A stretch of DNA of 64,000 nt from Podarcis filfolensis. Lineage: Eukaryota. How positions within the stretch are numbered: the first letter of the stretch is position 1; every line of letters begins with the position of its first letter. The notes below the pieces were generated by a model that did no database searches, was not told the origin of the DNA, and saw nothing but the letters and a program-made list of their open reading frames with translations. Location of the stretch: the NCBI GenBank assembly GCA_964270895.1, contig OZ185436.1, one strand, 5' to 3'. Below are positions 45,767 through 57,599 of the stretch, piece after piece. The position numbers and the translations under genes were made by a program.

Positions 45767-48700
45767 ATCTAAAGCCTTCAGAGCTGGTGGGTCCTTCCCC
45801 CCATCCAGGAAAAAACAAGTGCTAGTTCTGTTGGAAAAGGCGCAACGCCCCATTGCTCTTCTCCCCACCTTCAGTGAATGCACCAGAAGAGCTGCAGCAG
45901 CAACAACTAGCGCACTGGAAGGAGAATGTGCTGGCTAAGCATTTCTGTGTTAGGTGGGCACTGCACCCAGCCCAAGCCAGGATAGAAGGGAAACAAGCTA
46001 TGGTCAATCCCTTCTCAGCCCCTCATGTATGAAGACAAGAAAATCTAATGAGTTAACCACTGGCAAAAGAACCTAACACACTTATGGCCATACGTTTTAG
46101 CCTCTGCAAAGCTCATGCCTCCCTGGAAGAACTCTGGGGAGAGAGCTGTGGGTGGCACAGCAGGGGCAGGGACTGGCATGGAAAAGGAGCGACAAAGCTG
46201 CCCAAGGTGGGAATAGCAGAGGACTGAAGAAGAGGTGTCAACATATAAAGCAGCTTAATAGTGATTGCTAAGCTTCTGGCTCACACCAAACCCAATTTAT
46301 CCTGCAAGGGTCGTACAGCCACCACCCCCATAGTGGGAAGGCATGGTGCCATGCAGCACCCTTCCCGTGGCTGGCTAGGCAAAGCAACAGCCACACTGCA
46401 GGGAGCTGGACACAGATAATGGCACAAATGAGATTGACTCTAATCCAAAAAGCCAAATCCGCTAATTGGCAGCTCAGGACCAGGCTCTTTCCGGGAATGT
46501 AGCTGCAGCTGCTTTCGGAGAAGACCTTGTGATCAGGCACACCTCTGGGCCCAGCAAGCGACAAAGGCAGGATGTGAACTCGAGTCCCCTTGGTGGGCAC
46601 ATGTCTTACTGGCCCAGGCCACGCAGGCACTGAGGCAGCGCCAGCAAACATGCCAGGATACTCAAAGCCAGCTCCAGAAGGTGGCGAGATGAGGCCAACA
46701 AGGACTGAGGGAGCTAGGAAAAGGCAACGAGGATGTCCTTGATTTCCTGTATAATATCTGTCTTGCATAGTTATCTCTCACTGGTTAAGGAACTATCAGG
46801 GTATTCTGATGCTCAGGAACCTCTAGCATCCTAATGGGGGTCCTGCGGATATTCACCAGGGTCAATATCAAGTGAGAAAGTGGCTATGGGGTTCTTACCT
46901 AGATTTATATGGCTTAGGAGATGGGGACCACATCAAGCTGTGCTCAGGGTTTATCAGCATGAATTATTCTGTCCCCGGAGAATTCATTAGCTCGCATGCA
47001 CATTGCTGATTCCTCTTGGAATCTGGACACACTCCCTGTGAAAGCAGGTTCCCTAGGGAAATTACGTGATTGCGGTTCCAGGGCTCATGGAAGGTCCAGC
47101 ACTGTGAAAGACAGTCCACGGCAATCTTGGGGGGCGACTCACCTTCCTCACAGCCCATCGAGAAGAGGAAAAACACCTTCAACTTCAACCTGGGCCGTAT
47201 TATTTCATGTTGGCCTCCAGCTTACAAATGAGATATATATAGCCCGCAAATTATACTATATGTTACACACGCAAACATGGAATCAAAAGCCAGAGATTAG
47301 TTGGGCGGAATGTCCTCGCAGCCGTGAAGTCGCTGCCGTTTTGAGGGGAACAATGAGGCTGAACCAACGTAGGCAGCTAAACGCCGACAAAGAGCACGTC
47401 GACGCATGTGGCATTGCAGAACGAAGAAACAACGGACAGGGGCTGGCAGGGCAGCTCGGGGTGGGAGCGCATCAGAAAGCAAGAGGATTTAGGGGCTTTC
47501 CAGACAATGTGGTTTTCAGAAGGGTAACGAGTTCTGCTTACTAATTTACTGGGCTCCTGCCAGATGATGTCGCCCCAGCGAGAGTATCTCTTACTGAAGG
47601 TAGGGAAGAATTGTAGTTCCCCAGAACTCAACCCACTCAGTTCAACTGCTACAAATCTGAGATTCTTTTCCCGGGGAAGCACACCGACTGCACTGGAAAG
47701 TACTGTGCGTTTGGTGGCTGCTGCAGGAGTAGCGGGGGAAGTGATTAGTTACCGCCCATGACATGATCTATTGCACTCCTCATTATATGCTGGACTCCAC
47801 ATTGTGTACTTGTGTCATCCTCCAAAACACAAACGAGAAAACCCAACCCTGTTATCCAGGCAGTAACCCAGTTTGAAAAGTGGATTGAATGAGTTATTTC
47901 CTTATCCAGGAAATCTCAGTGCCAACAAAGACATCTAGGGGCAGAAGGGCTGGGCTAACAACCCACTCGCTTTACCTTGGCTGAAATGTGTATTGGAGGA
48001 GAAGCAGGAGGAAGATTAGCACACAGTGAGGCAAACAGTTTAGAAACTAAAATTTGGTAGAACCATCAAAACTTCAGAAGACTGGACAAAGCAGAAGGGT
48101 TGCGCTGGAACAAAGAGAAAGGCGGGTTCTGGTCTCCTTCATCTTGAATTAGCTTGAGGATGAGGACACAGAGTAGCTTTTTAGTAGACAGCCTAGTGTT
48201 TGAACTGGGCTTACTTTCTAAAAATGGCATTACCCAGTTCTGCTGTCTAGAAATGGTCTCACCCAGCTGGTATCTGGCCTAGTGTTCTGTCTAGCAGAGA
48301 AACAGTAAACATTCGTTTTTGAAACTTGGGAGGGGGGTAGACTGACACGGGCTTATCAATTTTGGATGGCCTTACTACTTACAGAACTGGTGTCCCTTGT
48401 TTGCCCCTCTAAGTAGCTGGGAAAGGGGTTTTTCTTGACACAGGGGGCAGGGAAGTAGAAACCAGCTCACAGGAATTTGAGGACAAGCTGCCAAAGGACC
48501 GTGAGACATCCTCAGAGCCCAAGCAAGAACACCTGGTATTCTGTTTTTTAAAAACAAATTATTTGTTTTGTAATTTCTTTTTTCTTTTTACTTCTACAGA
48601 TGCAAAACGCCCTGTGCCAATGCAGCAGGGAGTGCTTGCTATAGTTTTACAGTCTGGGAGGAAGGAAACCGGAAACCTGTATCCCTTCTCTCCTCTCCAT

Positions 48701-49304
48701 TGCAGACATTACCCACCATGTCCAACTGAATGGTTTTGTCCCCCCACCCCTTCTCACTTCAAGATATGACTACTGCACACTGCCTCTGCTTAGGGCTGAA
48801 ATGCATGTGCATTCTTATGTGCGTGGTTTTTTTTAATAAAAAAAAGCAAATAAAAATAGAAAGAGCCACAAATAGACTTTCTGGAATCTAACGAAGTGTC
48901 TATATCCTCGGCAGCGGGGTTTGTCATGCTATAGCAGCAGCAGCAGCATCAAGGTTGGCCACAGTGCTTCCACTAAGGAGATGGGGGCAGGGGAAGCAGT
49001 TACAAAACAAAACAGTGAGAAAAATGGCCCAAATCAGAAAAGCAAGTGGAGGGGAGGGGGAGAAGGAAGGATGCTTTGATCTCTACATCATGGCATCCAA
49101 CAAAAAGTGAGTGGAAGTCTAGCTAAGGTGTTTTTACACATCCCTTCCTTTAACAAGGAGCTTGGGGAATGTGCCCCTTCCTTCCCACTTTGGGCTGCTG
49201 GCTAGAAGACGGCCCAAGGTCACCTGGAAAGTGTTAGAAACTCAGATAAGCTAGGCACCACATTGCACCTTAAATCTAGGCTATGGTTGCCACAATGGAA
49301 TGCT

Positions 49305-49368
49305 TGTTTGCAAGGGGGCTGGACTAGATGACCCTTGGGATCCCTTCCAACACTGATACTATGATCTC
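49305..49368 (+). mobile_element. CR1 LINE extreme 3' tail
   Basis: gggctggactagatgacccttgggatcccttccaac...ctatga. Confidence 0.65.
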
Positions 49369-50320
49369 GACTACATCCGCTTGACAGTAGCTTCTGCTCT
49401 TACAAGAATCTGCTCTGCCCGCTATGCAAGGAGGAGAAACACAAACAGTGGAAATGGAATTGACTGTGGACTAAGGCAGAGGATTTTAAACTGGCGCCCA
49501 GAAATCTCCACGTACTGTAGTTGCAACTGGACCCGCACCAGTAGCAAAATGCGCTTGGCGAATTTCGAACACGGCCTGGAAAGAATCGCAGTCAAGCGAA
49601 GATCTGGGTCTCCCAGGCCTCAGTGCAACACTCTAACCTTCCCACCACACTGCAAAATGTTGTGTTCCTGCCTGAGCTGTCCAGCTATGGCCTCTGGTGG
49701 GGAAGGGGGGCTGCCTTGCATTGGGCAGAGAAACCGCATAACACGATTGGTACCTTTGGAATGAATGGAGCGGATAACTGGTTAGCTATCTGCGTGAATC
49801 CAGAGCGGCTCTGTGTCCCCTTTTCCCAGGTGACCTTGTGGAGCAGCCAAGCCTAGCACTAAAAGCAGTCACCCACACTCACCTCCGTTCGAACAATGGG
49901 TAGCTAATTTTAGTCGTCTTTAGCCACTGCTAGTTTGGCCCCCCCATCCCACCCCGCAGCATGCCCCAAGCTAGCAGCTGGAGTCAAACATTTCCAAGGG
50001 CACCTGCAGGCATCTGAACTTGAGCGGACAGGAAGAGATAGAGCCTTTCACAAATGACAGGGATGTCTGGCAGCCCTATCATGCGAGTGGGGCAGAAAAG
50101 CTCTGAATTCCCTGTCTCCAAACCGAGCAATTAGGCTGCTAGCAGGGGCTGCATACAACTTCTCCCCGGAATATAATCGCTCCCCACGGGTGGGAATGGA
50201 AGGAGATCAGCAGCAGCTGTTTTCCTTTCACTAAACAGAGCCCCACTGAGGTCCTCCCAGCGGCACAACCCACCATTGCCACCAGCAAGCGGCAGGTGAG
50301 CCCAGGCTTCCCTTCCCGCT

Positions 50321-50538
50321 ATTTATTATTGTGTTTATACCCCACCTTTGCAAGGAGCCTAAGGTGATGTACATGGCTCTCCCCTTATCCTCACAACAAC
50401 CCTCTGAGGTAGGTTAGGCTTAAGAGTTGGTGGTTGGCCCTCCTAAGGCCACCCAGTGAGCATCGTGGCCAAGTGGGGGATTTGAACCCTCGTCTCCCAG
50501 GTCCTAGCCTGACATTCTAACCACTACACCACTCTGGC
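50321..50538 (-). mobile_element. tRNA-head SINE (Squam3/CORE-like), near full length
   Basis: Reverse: gtggtgtagtggttagaatgtcaggctaggacctgggagacgagggttcaaatcc...cctaacctacctcagagggttgttgtgaggataa...aataataaat. Confidence 0.75.
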
Positions 50539-53500
50539 TGCTTTTTTTCTTGCACTCCCAGCCAGCTCTGTAGTTTGTAGTGCCATGATCTTGTCCAATG
50601 ATCCGTGTGTTGATCCTCACTCCTCCTGCAGAGCTGGTGGGTTGCAGCATGCTTCTTAGCACGAGTGAAGCTGCAAGGCCGGCCCTAACCCTCTGCTCTG
50701 GATCATCCCACCATGGGCTAGTCAAAAGGAGAGGAGTGTGGGGCAATGAGGAGCTGCCCAAGCCAGATATTCTGAAATGAGAGGTGGCAGCAGCAGAGAA
50801 GAACTTCCACCCAAGAGCACCTGGATCCTTACTGACTCCAGAGTTTCCTAATGCCTGCAATGTGAAAGGGGGCATGAAATTCTCCTAAAAGGAGATATGT
50901 TACACCCACCCACACCCACTTTGGAGGGGGAGCTCACCTATTCCACGGCAGTCATCAATTTTACTTTTCTGTCTCTGAGTAAAAATAAATCACGCATGCA
51001 CACAATACTCAAAACATGACCGGCTTGTGTTTAAAGAGACACCCTCGCTACACCTTCTCCCACCAGGCCACAATTCCAAAAGGAAGCCTTCTGTACTTAT
51101 GGCTTCTGGCTTATCCCAAGTGCCTGCAGTTACGGGAGGGCTGAATGCATCAGGCAACAAAAATGTTTGAACCACCAACTAAGCATCCGTCCGCAGCCAG
51201 GGCCACTGCAAGCATCTGCTGCATAGCCCACCAATAGCACCAGGTTTCTGCAGACAGAGCAGGAACAAGACACCAATCCCTGCTGCCTGCCCCCCACCCA
51301 CCCCCAGCCCTAGAGTGGAAAGGGAGAGGAGCAGACCCCCACCCCCAGCGCCACCCCCCTTGTGCAGCCCCTGGCCCATGCACATGTGTTTCTAATGCAC
51401 CGCGAGCCCCAGGGAACCCGTGTGCAGAAAAACGGCACCAAATTCCTTTCTGATCGAGTAATGGGCCCCAGCAGCCTCCGCATGGGGGAGGGGCGGCTTG
51501 GACCACCAGACCCTCCGCAAAGGGGAGGGGGAGGGAGGAAAGCAGCACATGAAACCTCCTCCTTTTGTGGAAGGGGCAAGGCCGGAAAACAAAGCTTGGC
51601 CTGAAGATGGGGAGAGCATTTAGGGATTCTCCGAGAATGCAAGGACTAACTGTCATCAGGCGGATCGCAGCTCTGGATCTGCACCCCGCCCCCTGCGCAA
51701 CTTGCTCTGGATTCCCCAGTATTAGGCCGCAGCCTCTGCAGGCCTGCGCTCCAATGCAAACCGCACCTGCGCAACAGGGAAGCATGCCTTACAAAGAGCA
51801 CATGGGCTAATGTAATCCCAAGGCAATGGAAAACCAAAATGTGGGCAGCTGCCTCTCATCCAAGGTCCACATCTAAGCACTCCCCCCCCCACACACACTT
51901 CCCCCATCGTAGCCCAGGACCTCCCCCCTCCCTGCTAGCTCTCTGGGCGCCAGCTTCCAAGCAGGCCCACATGTGCCATCCCTACAGCTGGCGATTCCAG
52001 AAAGCACAATTCAGATGGGGCTGCTTCCTCAAGGGCTGGCTATTTTGCCACCGCCCTGGTGGGCCAGTCCTGTAGAAGGTCACAGGTGAATGGGAGGCAG
52101 CAGCAGCAGCAGCGCCAGAGTCGAGCCAGCACTTTCCACCCCACCCACCCAGCACAGAGAGAGGGAGAGAGGCCTTTGTCCTTCCTCCACCAGCTGTTTT
52201 TTTTCCTGCCATGTTCAGCACTTTTGGTGGCTCTCAATCAGGAGTCGCTCCTGCCAGGTGATTGAATGGATGCCCCACAGCCCAGTAAGCAAGCGCTGCC
52301 TGTCTGGGGATTTACTGCTCCCCACAAAGGTAGGCAGGCTGTCTCATCCCAATGACCTTGAGCTACAGGAGCTGGCCAGGTTTCCCCCCCTCCACCCCCC
52401 ACTGGATTTCTCTGGAGCCTGGATTTCTCAGACCACATGCGCTGGTGCATTGACAGCTGCTGGCCCACCAGGGTGGGGCTCCCCACATAAAGAAGTTATT
52501 GTTCAGCCCCGCCCCACCCCTTCACCCCCAGCTGCCTCTCACAGCTCCTGCCAGGGAACATGACCCAGAAGAAGGGATGAGCAGGCTCCTTCACCCCATT
52601 TCCTAGAAGCCCAGGCAGGGTTTCCTTTGTGCTAAAGTTCAAGCCCAGATTTCATTTTTAAGTGCCAGGGCTGAATCCTGGAACATGCCTCTCTGCGTAT
52701 GCCATGTGTCGTCCCTATGCCTTATTCGGCCCAACAACACATTTAGACTGAAGCAGCATGGCTTTGAATTGTTAGAAATTACATACAGGGCAAACGCAGG
52801 GTGGGGCTTTTTCATGCTATGTCTCTGCACAGTCTGATCTTAGTTAGCCACTTTGATGGTCTGGAGATTTTTTATTCTCCAAAGCAGCAGAGCTCCCCGC
52901 CCCCATACATTGCACCCTAGACCTACAGAGACCACCCACGTGCCACAGCTCTTGCGAGCTCAAGCCACGCTGGAGCTGGGGAAAACTCTCCCAGAAATGG
53001 GGAAGCGACTCAGAGGGAGCCAGAAAAGAGAGTCAAAGGGAGCCAGAAATCTCCACTTGCAAGACGGTTTTAAGGACAAGGTACTGGGGGTTCAACTGCA
53101 ATGCTTTAGAGAGCAGGAGTGGGACCCTGGCGGCTGCACAGGTTTGCCTTTGATATTTGTTACCTTCAAATCCTGTTCTCCCAACTCTAGGCTCAAATCC
53201 CAGTGGTCTCCTCTACACATTTCCTCAGCTGCATGGCTTCCCAAACCCCACCCAGTGACTTGGCCTGCTCCAAAGGGCAGCCCAACCTTCCCTCTTCCAT
53301 AGTTCACATCTCTCAGTCCCACTGAATACCCTCCCAACCCTCTCCTGCTGAGAGTTCAGCCTTCTTCTGCTTTGGCCCTCACTGATGCAGTTGCCCTTTC
53401 TCTTTGCCATCAATTATTTTCACACGGAGAGATCTGGGCACAGCTAATGGATCAGAGGCCTGCCCTGGGCCCCCAAAGTGGGGACAGCCTCTAACCACAA

Positions 53501-53730
53501 CGAGAGAGAAAACACCTTGGAAGAGCACATTGCATGGGAGGGGGGTGGGAAGCCCCTTCAACCCCACACCAGATGGAAGGGACTTCCTTTCTCTCCCAAG
53601 GCCAGCTTGATGCAAGCACTTCTGCTGCTCAGGAAGCAGGAGCAGACACAGCAAGGCCAGCCAGCAGAGACGAGATCCCGGTGGCAGGGTAGTTGAGTTG
53701 CAAAAAGACACACACACAAGGTGCCAGGAA

Positions 53731-53844
53731 TCTAGATTCAGGTAGGTAGCCGTGTTGGTCTGACGCAGTCAAAATAAAGAGACCAACTAAGTTTGTTCTG
53801 GATATAAGTATTCGAGTGCATGCACACAATTTTTAAATTTATTT
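53731..53844. mobile_element. Short retroelement insertion (Penelope-like terminal segment) with 14-bp TSD
   Basis: gtaggtagccgtgttggtctgacg...gagaccaactaagtttgttct...gtgcatgcacac, flanked by exact CAAGGTGCCAGGAA at 53717-53730 and 53845-53858; family name from recall. Confidence 0.65.
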
Positions 53845-54039
53845 CAAGGTGCCAGGAAGGCAGAGAGAGACTCCAGTAGGAGGTAAGAACCAATTAGGTG
53901 TAGCGGTCAGAGGAGGGGAAGCAGACGTGATCCTCCCCAGATATTGCTCCAACTCTTGTCAGACTCGGCCAGCACAATCAATGGGCAGGAATGATGGCAG
54001 CAGAAGTCCAGCAACATCGGGGGGGGGGTACCACACTGA

Positions 54040-54240
54040 CTCCCTGGGTCAGGACAGGACCAGGGAGCTCAGGACTGGAATCCCTGTCTAGCCACAGAGC
54101 TAGGCCATTGGGCCAGTCTCTCTTTCTCCTTCTCCCCACCTTCTCTCTAACCCACCTTATAGGGTTGTGTCATGAGGATAAAATGGAGAAGGAAAACCAA
54201 GGATGCCACAGAAAGCTTTTTGGAGGAAGCATGGGATAAA
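54040..54240 (+). mobile_element. tRNA-head SINE (Squam3-like), diverged
   Basis: ttgggccagtctctct...ctaacccaccttatagggttgtgtcatgaggataaaatggag. Confidence 0.55.
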
Positions 54241-55261
54241 ATAGCCTAAATATGATAAAATAGAGATAGGTCGCACAACAGTGGAGCAGTGGGAAAGTCA
54301 CAAAAAGGAATGTTAAGTATAGGAAGGGGGGAATCTGGGATCCATAGTAGGAGAGATTTTAGTAATATTTTCACAAGGGAGGTGTAAAGTTAGCGGGTGC
54401 AGTGAGTCTGAACAGTCAAAGCTGGTTAGGGGGCTAGATTCTCTATCTAGTCTCTGGCCAGCTTGCAGCATAGTAATTTATATCCTGCATCTGTGGAGGC
54501 AGTGAGGGTGGTTTAGCTTCTTCCTCTTCAGACTGACACAGGGCAGAGCACTAAAATCAGAGTACTGCTATAGTGCTCCCTGGCAGGAATATTTTTTGAC
54601 TCGGATCCAAGATATGCTGAACCTCTAAACCTTTCTCTGCTCACTCGGAAGATCTCTTTCGCAAGCCGCTCAGAAACTGGGGCTAGAGACTAAATAAGAC
54701 ATAAAAGGCTAGTAGACCAACTGCTAAACCGCTGGGGACATTTACTCCACAGAATCTTATTGGCTGCAAGGCTAGATTCTCATCCTGGCAATTGCCAGAC
54801 AGGCACCATCTTTTCAGAAAGGATCAGATTCAGGTGAGTTGAGGGCAGCCCTCTGGTGAGCAGTTCACCAAGGGGGCACTAGGTTCCACTCAGGCTGGAT
54901 TCCCTTTGTGCTCTCTTCTCCTTAAGACAAGAAAACATTGCCCAGGAGACAAATCCATTAGCACACCCAGAGCACTCAGCCCACTCAGAGCACTAGACAC
55001 CACTGCAGAAGCGACCCCATTTTCCATTCAAGAGATCCCTCCTCCCCCGTTTGAGGCCCTGCCAGCAGTACTGATTATATTTCCCATCACCTGTGGCCGA
55101 CATCTGCCGCTCACTGTCTATCATCCCACAATGACAGTCCATTGTCCTGGAGATTCGGGTGCCTCAGCATGGGTGCCACTAATTTTGCTTGGCTCTTCCT
55201 TCTCAATCTTCCCCAATAATCTCCTATGCACCATCATTGATAACCAAACCATTATTGTACT

Positions 55262-55385
55262 CCTATGGCCCTCCGTACATTTTTGGACTCCAGATCCCAT
55301 CTGCCCCAACCAGCATTGCCATTATAGCCAGGGGTGATGGGAGTTGTAGTCCAACAACATCTGGAGGGCCAAAAATATATCCCTG
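55262..55385. mobile_element. Palindromic MITE
   Basis: ggccctcc...tttggactccagatcccatc / gatgggagttgtagtccaacaacatctggagggcc. Confidence 0.6.
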
Positions 55386-55682
55386 ACATACTGACAATTT
55401 TACAGTGGGGAGGGGGGCAGGAAGGAAAGACAGACCCCTGCTTCTAGGCATTTTCAAGTCTGAAAGTGGGGACATTACTTCCTCTTCACTCTCTGCCTTC
55501 CTTAGCTTGCCTTTGTCTTTGAGGGTGACCTGTCCTCCCACCTCTCAAATTCATGCCTTTCTGAGCACACAACTGCACCCCCTCCACCCACACTGTCATC
55601 TCGTGTGTGTGTGTCCCACTTTCTACAACATACACCACACATACTATGTGCCCGCTAACCAGCCACACTCCTTGCTGTTTGC

Positions 55683-55700
55683 GTGTGTGTGTGTGTGTGT
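55683..55700. repeat. (GT)n microsatellite
   Basis: Direct reading. Confidence 0.9.
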
Positions 55701-56859
55701 ATCATCTGTGGGATACGTCTCCAGCTGAACAGACCAAGAGGCCTGGCTTGCAAGCTGGAAACAAGAGAGGGGTGTCTGAAGTGCCTGGGCTTTGAAAGAG
55801 AAGGAAGCAAGCAAAGAGGAGCAGCTGGAGACCTTCTGGTCTAGAAGGAAGAGGAGGAACCGGGTGGGGAAGAGCAAACTACAAAGAAGCAACAGCAAAA
55901 TAAAGCACTGGGGAGGAGGGGAGGAAAACTGATAGCAGTGCAGAGTTTACTCCATTTGCACTAACAAAGTTATAAATTGTCAGGCTGCAGCAGGTAAGAG
56001 TACTGATGAAGCTTTATCTAAAGAGAGCAACCGAGCTCTATGACTCTCCACAAGCTGACATGGAGCTAGTAAGTGGCATACCAGGACCACTGCCTTGTTC
56101 CTCTGTCCCCCTGTAATCTATGTGCTGCTGATGTGGGCAGCTCCAGCACCATTGTGAAAGGAGAGGCTGAAAGGAAAGCAGTTGTGATGGGTTTCAGCTT
56201 CTGAACCAGGAGGTTTATGCTGCCCAAAGGCCACTAGAATTTGAAAACACCTTGCCTTGGAAGGATGCCACACACCTGCACACCCCAGGTTAGCAAGGAA
56301 GGGGGTCAGAAACGGCCCTTGGCAGTGAAAGTGGTGGCTCACAGGGAGAAGAGCACTTTCACATCCACAGGGCGCCTTTTCATTTTTTTCATTTTGGCCT
56401 TCCGGAGACAAATGAGCTTTCAGCAACCTGAGTGGGAAGAGAAAAACCACAACAGCCGATACAGAGAGCAGAGCTCCTGGCAGACAGAAAGGGCAGGGTG
56501 TGGTAGGGATAGTATGAAGTGGACCCAGGAGATGTAAGAAACTATTTGCAGAGAGAGAAAACACTGCATGTCAGTGCAGACTGAGAAAGTGAGGATCAGG
56601 GCAGAAGAAATCTCACAGGATTTAAAATTCTGGGTTAGCAACTGTGGAAGGAGAAGGGAAAAACAACAACAATTCTCCAAGCACACTATGGACTTGGTTT
56701 CTTTAAGAAGCATAAAGTACTTGTCAGTTAGGTTTTTAAAAAGCAAAAGCATTTCCTAAGAGCTGCTCTGGAACAGACCAGGATGCATATAGTGGCTCCA
56801 ATTATTATCAGTCCTACACAAGCACATGTACAGTACAAAGTGATTTCCATTATTCTTTA

Positions 56860-56990
56860 ACCAGCTCATCTGCATAACAAGGCATGGGCGGTCTCCGATT
56901 CCCATTTTACACATGGGGAACGGATGCTGAAAGAAAGTGACTTGTTCAAAAGCATCCCACAGAGGCTATAGGTGGCCACTGTTTTGAACC
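56860..56990 (-). mobile_element. MIR/CORE-like SINE remnant
   Basis: cccattttacacatggggaac...tgacttgttcaa resembles the MIR core. Confidence 0.4.
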
Positions 56991-57599
56991 TAGGTATAAG
57001 CACTTGTAAATAATTAGTCCCCCTTGTGGTGCATATTAAGGACCAGATTAAGTGCTCCATAATTGCAGGGTGAATTAATCTTACAGGAGACTACGTGGCA
57101 AGTGCTTCCTGGCAACTGAGTCCTGCTATCTTATGTTTAGGGAGCATGACTCGAGCCCTCTGTGCAATTCTGCTTCAAACAGAAAAAAGAGGTCCAGAAA
57201 CTGAACTACGGGGGAGAAACCTTCAGTTGCCTGGGCCATTGCTGCAGACATGGGTGGACTGCTTCATCGCTTGCAGGGAAGTCTCAAGACATGAGGAAGG
57301 CAAAGGAAACGTAGCATGAAGTCTCTCAAGAACCTTCTGCCTCTCACAAAGTGTGAACATTCATTGGCTGGGAACGCCAAGTATGCAGGCCTCATTAACA
57401 ATAACCCCCAACACCCACAACACACCCACACACAATTGGGTGACTGCAGAAATGGAGCACATGTCTATTGTTTGGGGCTTTGTAGGAGATGGCTCCCATT
57501 TCATCTCAGGAGGCAGCCTTCAAATCAAGGCTTCCCCAAATCAGCAGGCCCAGAAAATTGCAAATAAAGGGTCGTGCTGAAAACATCCCCCAAGTCTAT

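Noticed and set aside
46996-47544. 182-aa + strand ORF as a nested protein-coding gene
   Set aside because: No recognisable homology or motif; kept only as part of the antisense-transcript hypothesis
54860-54885. CTCF site (caccaagggggcacta)
   Set aside because: The right half matches but the left half has three mismatches; cannot be supported without a PWM scan or ChIP
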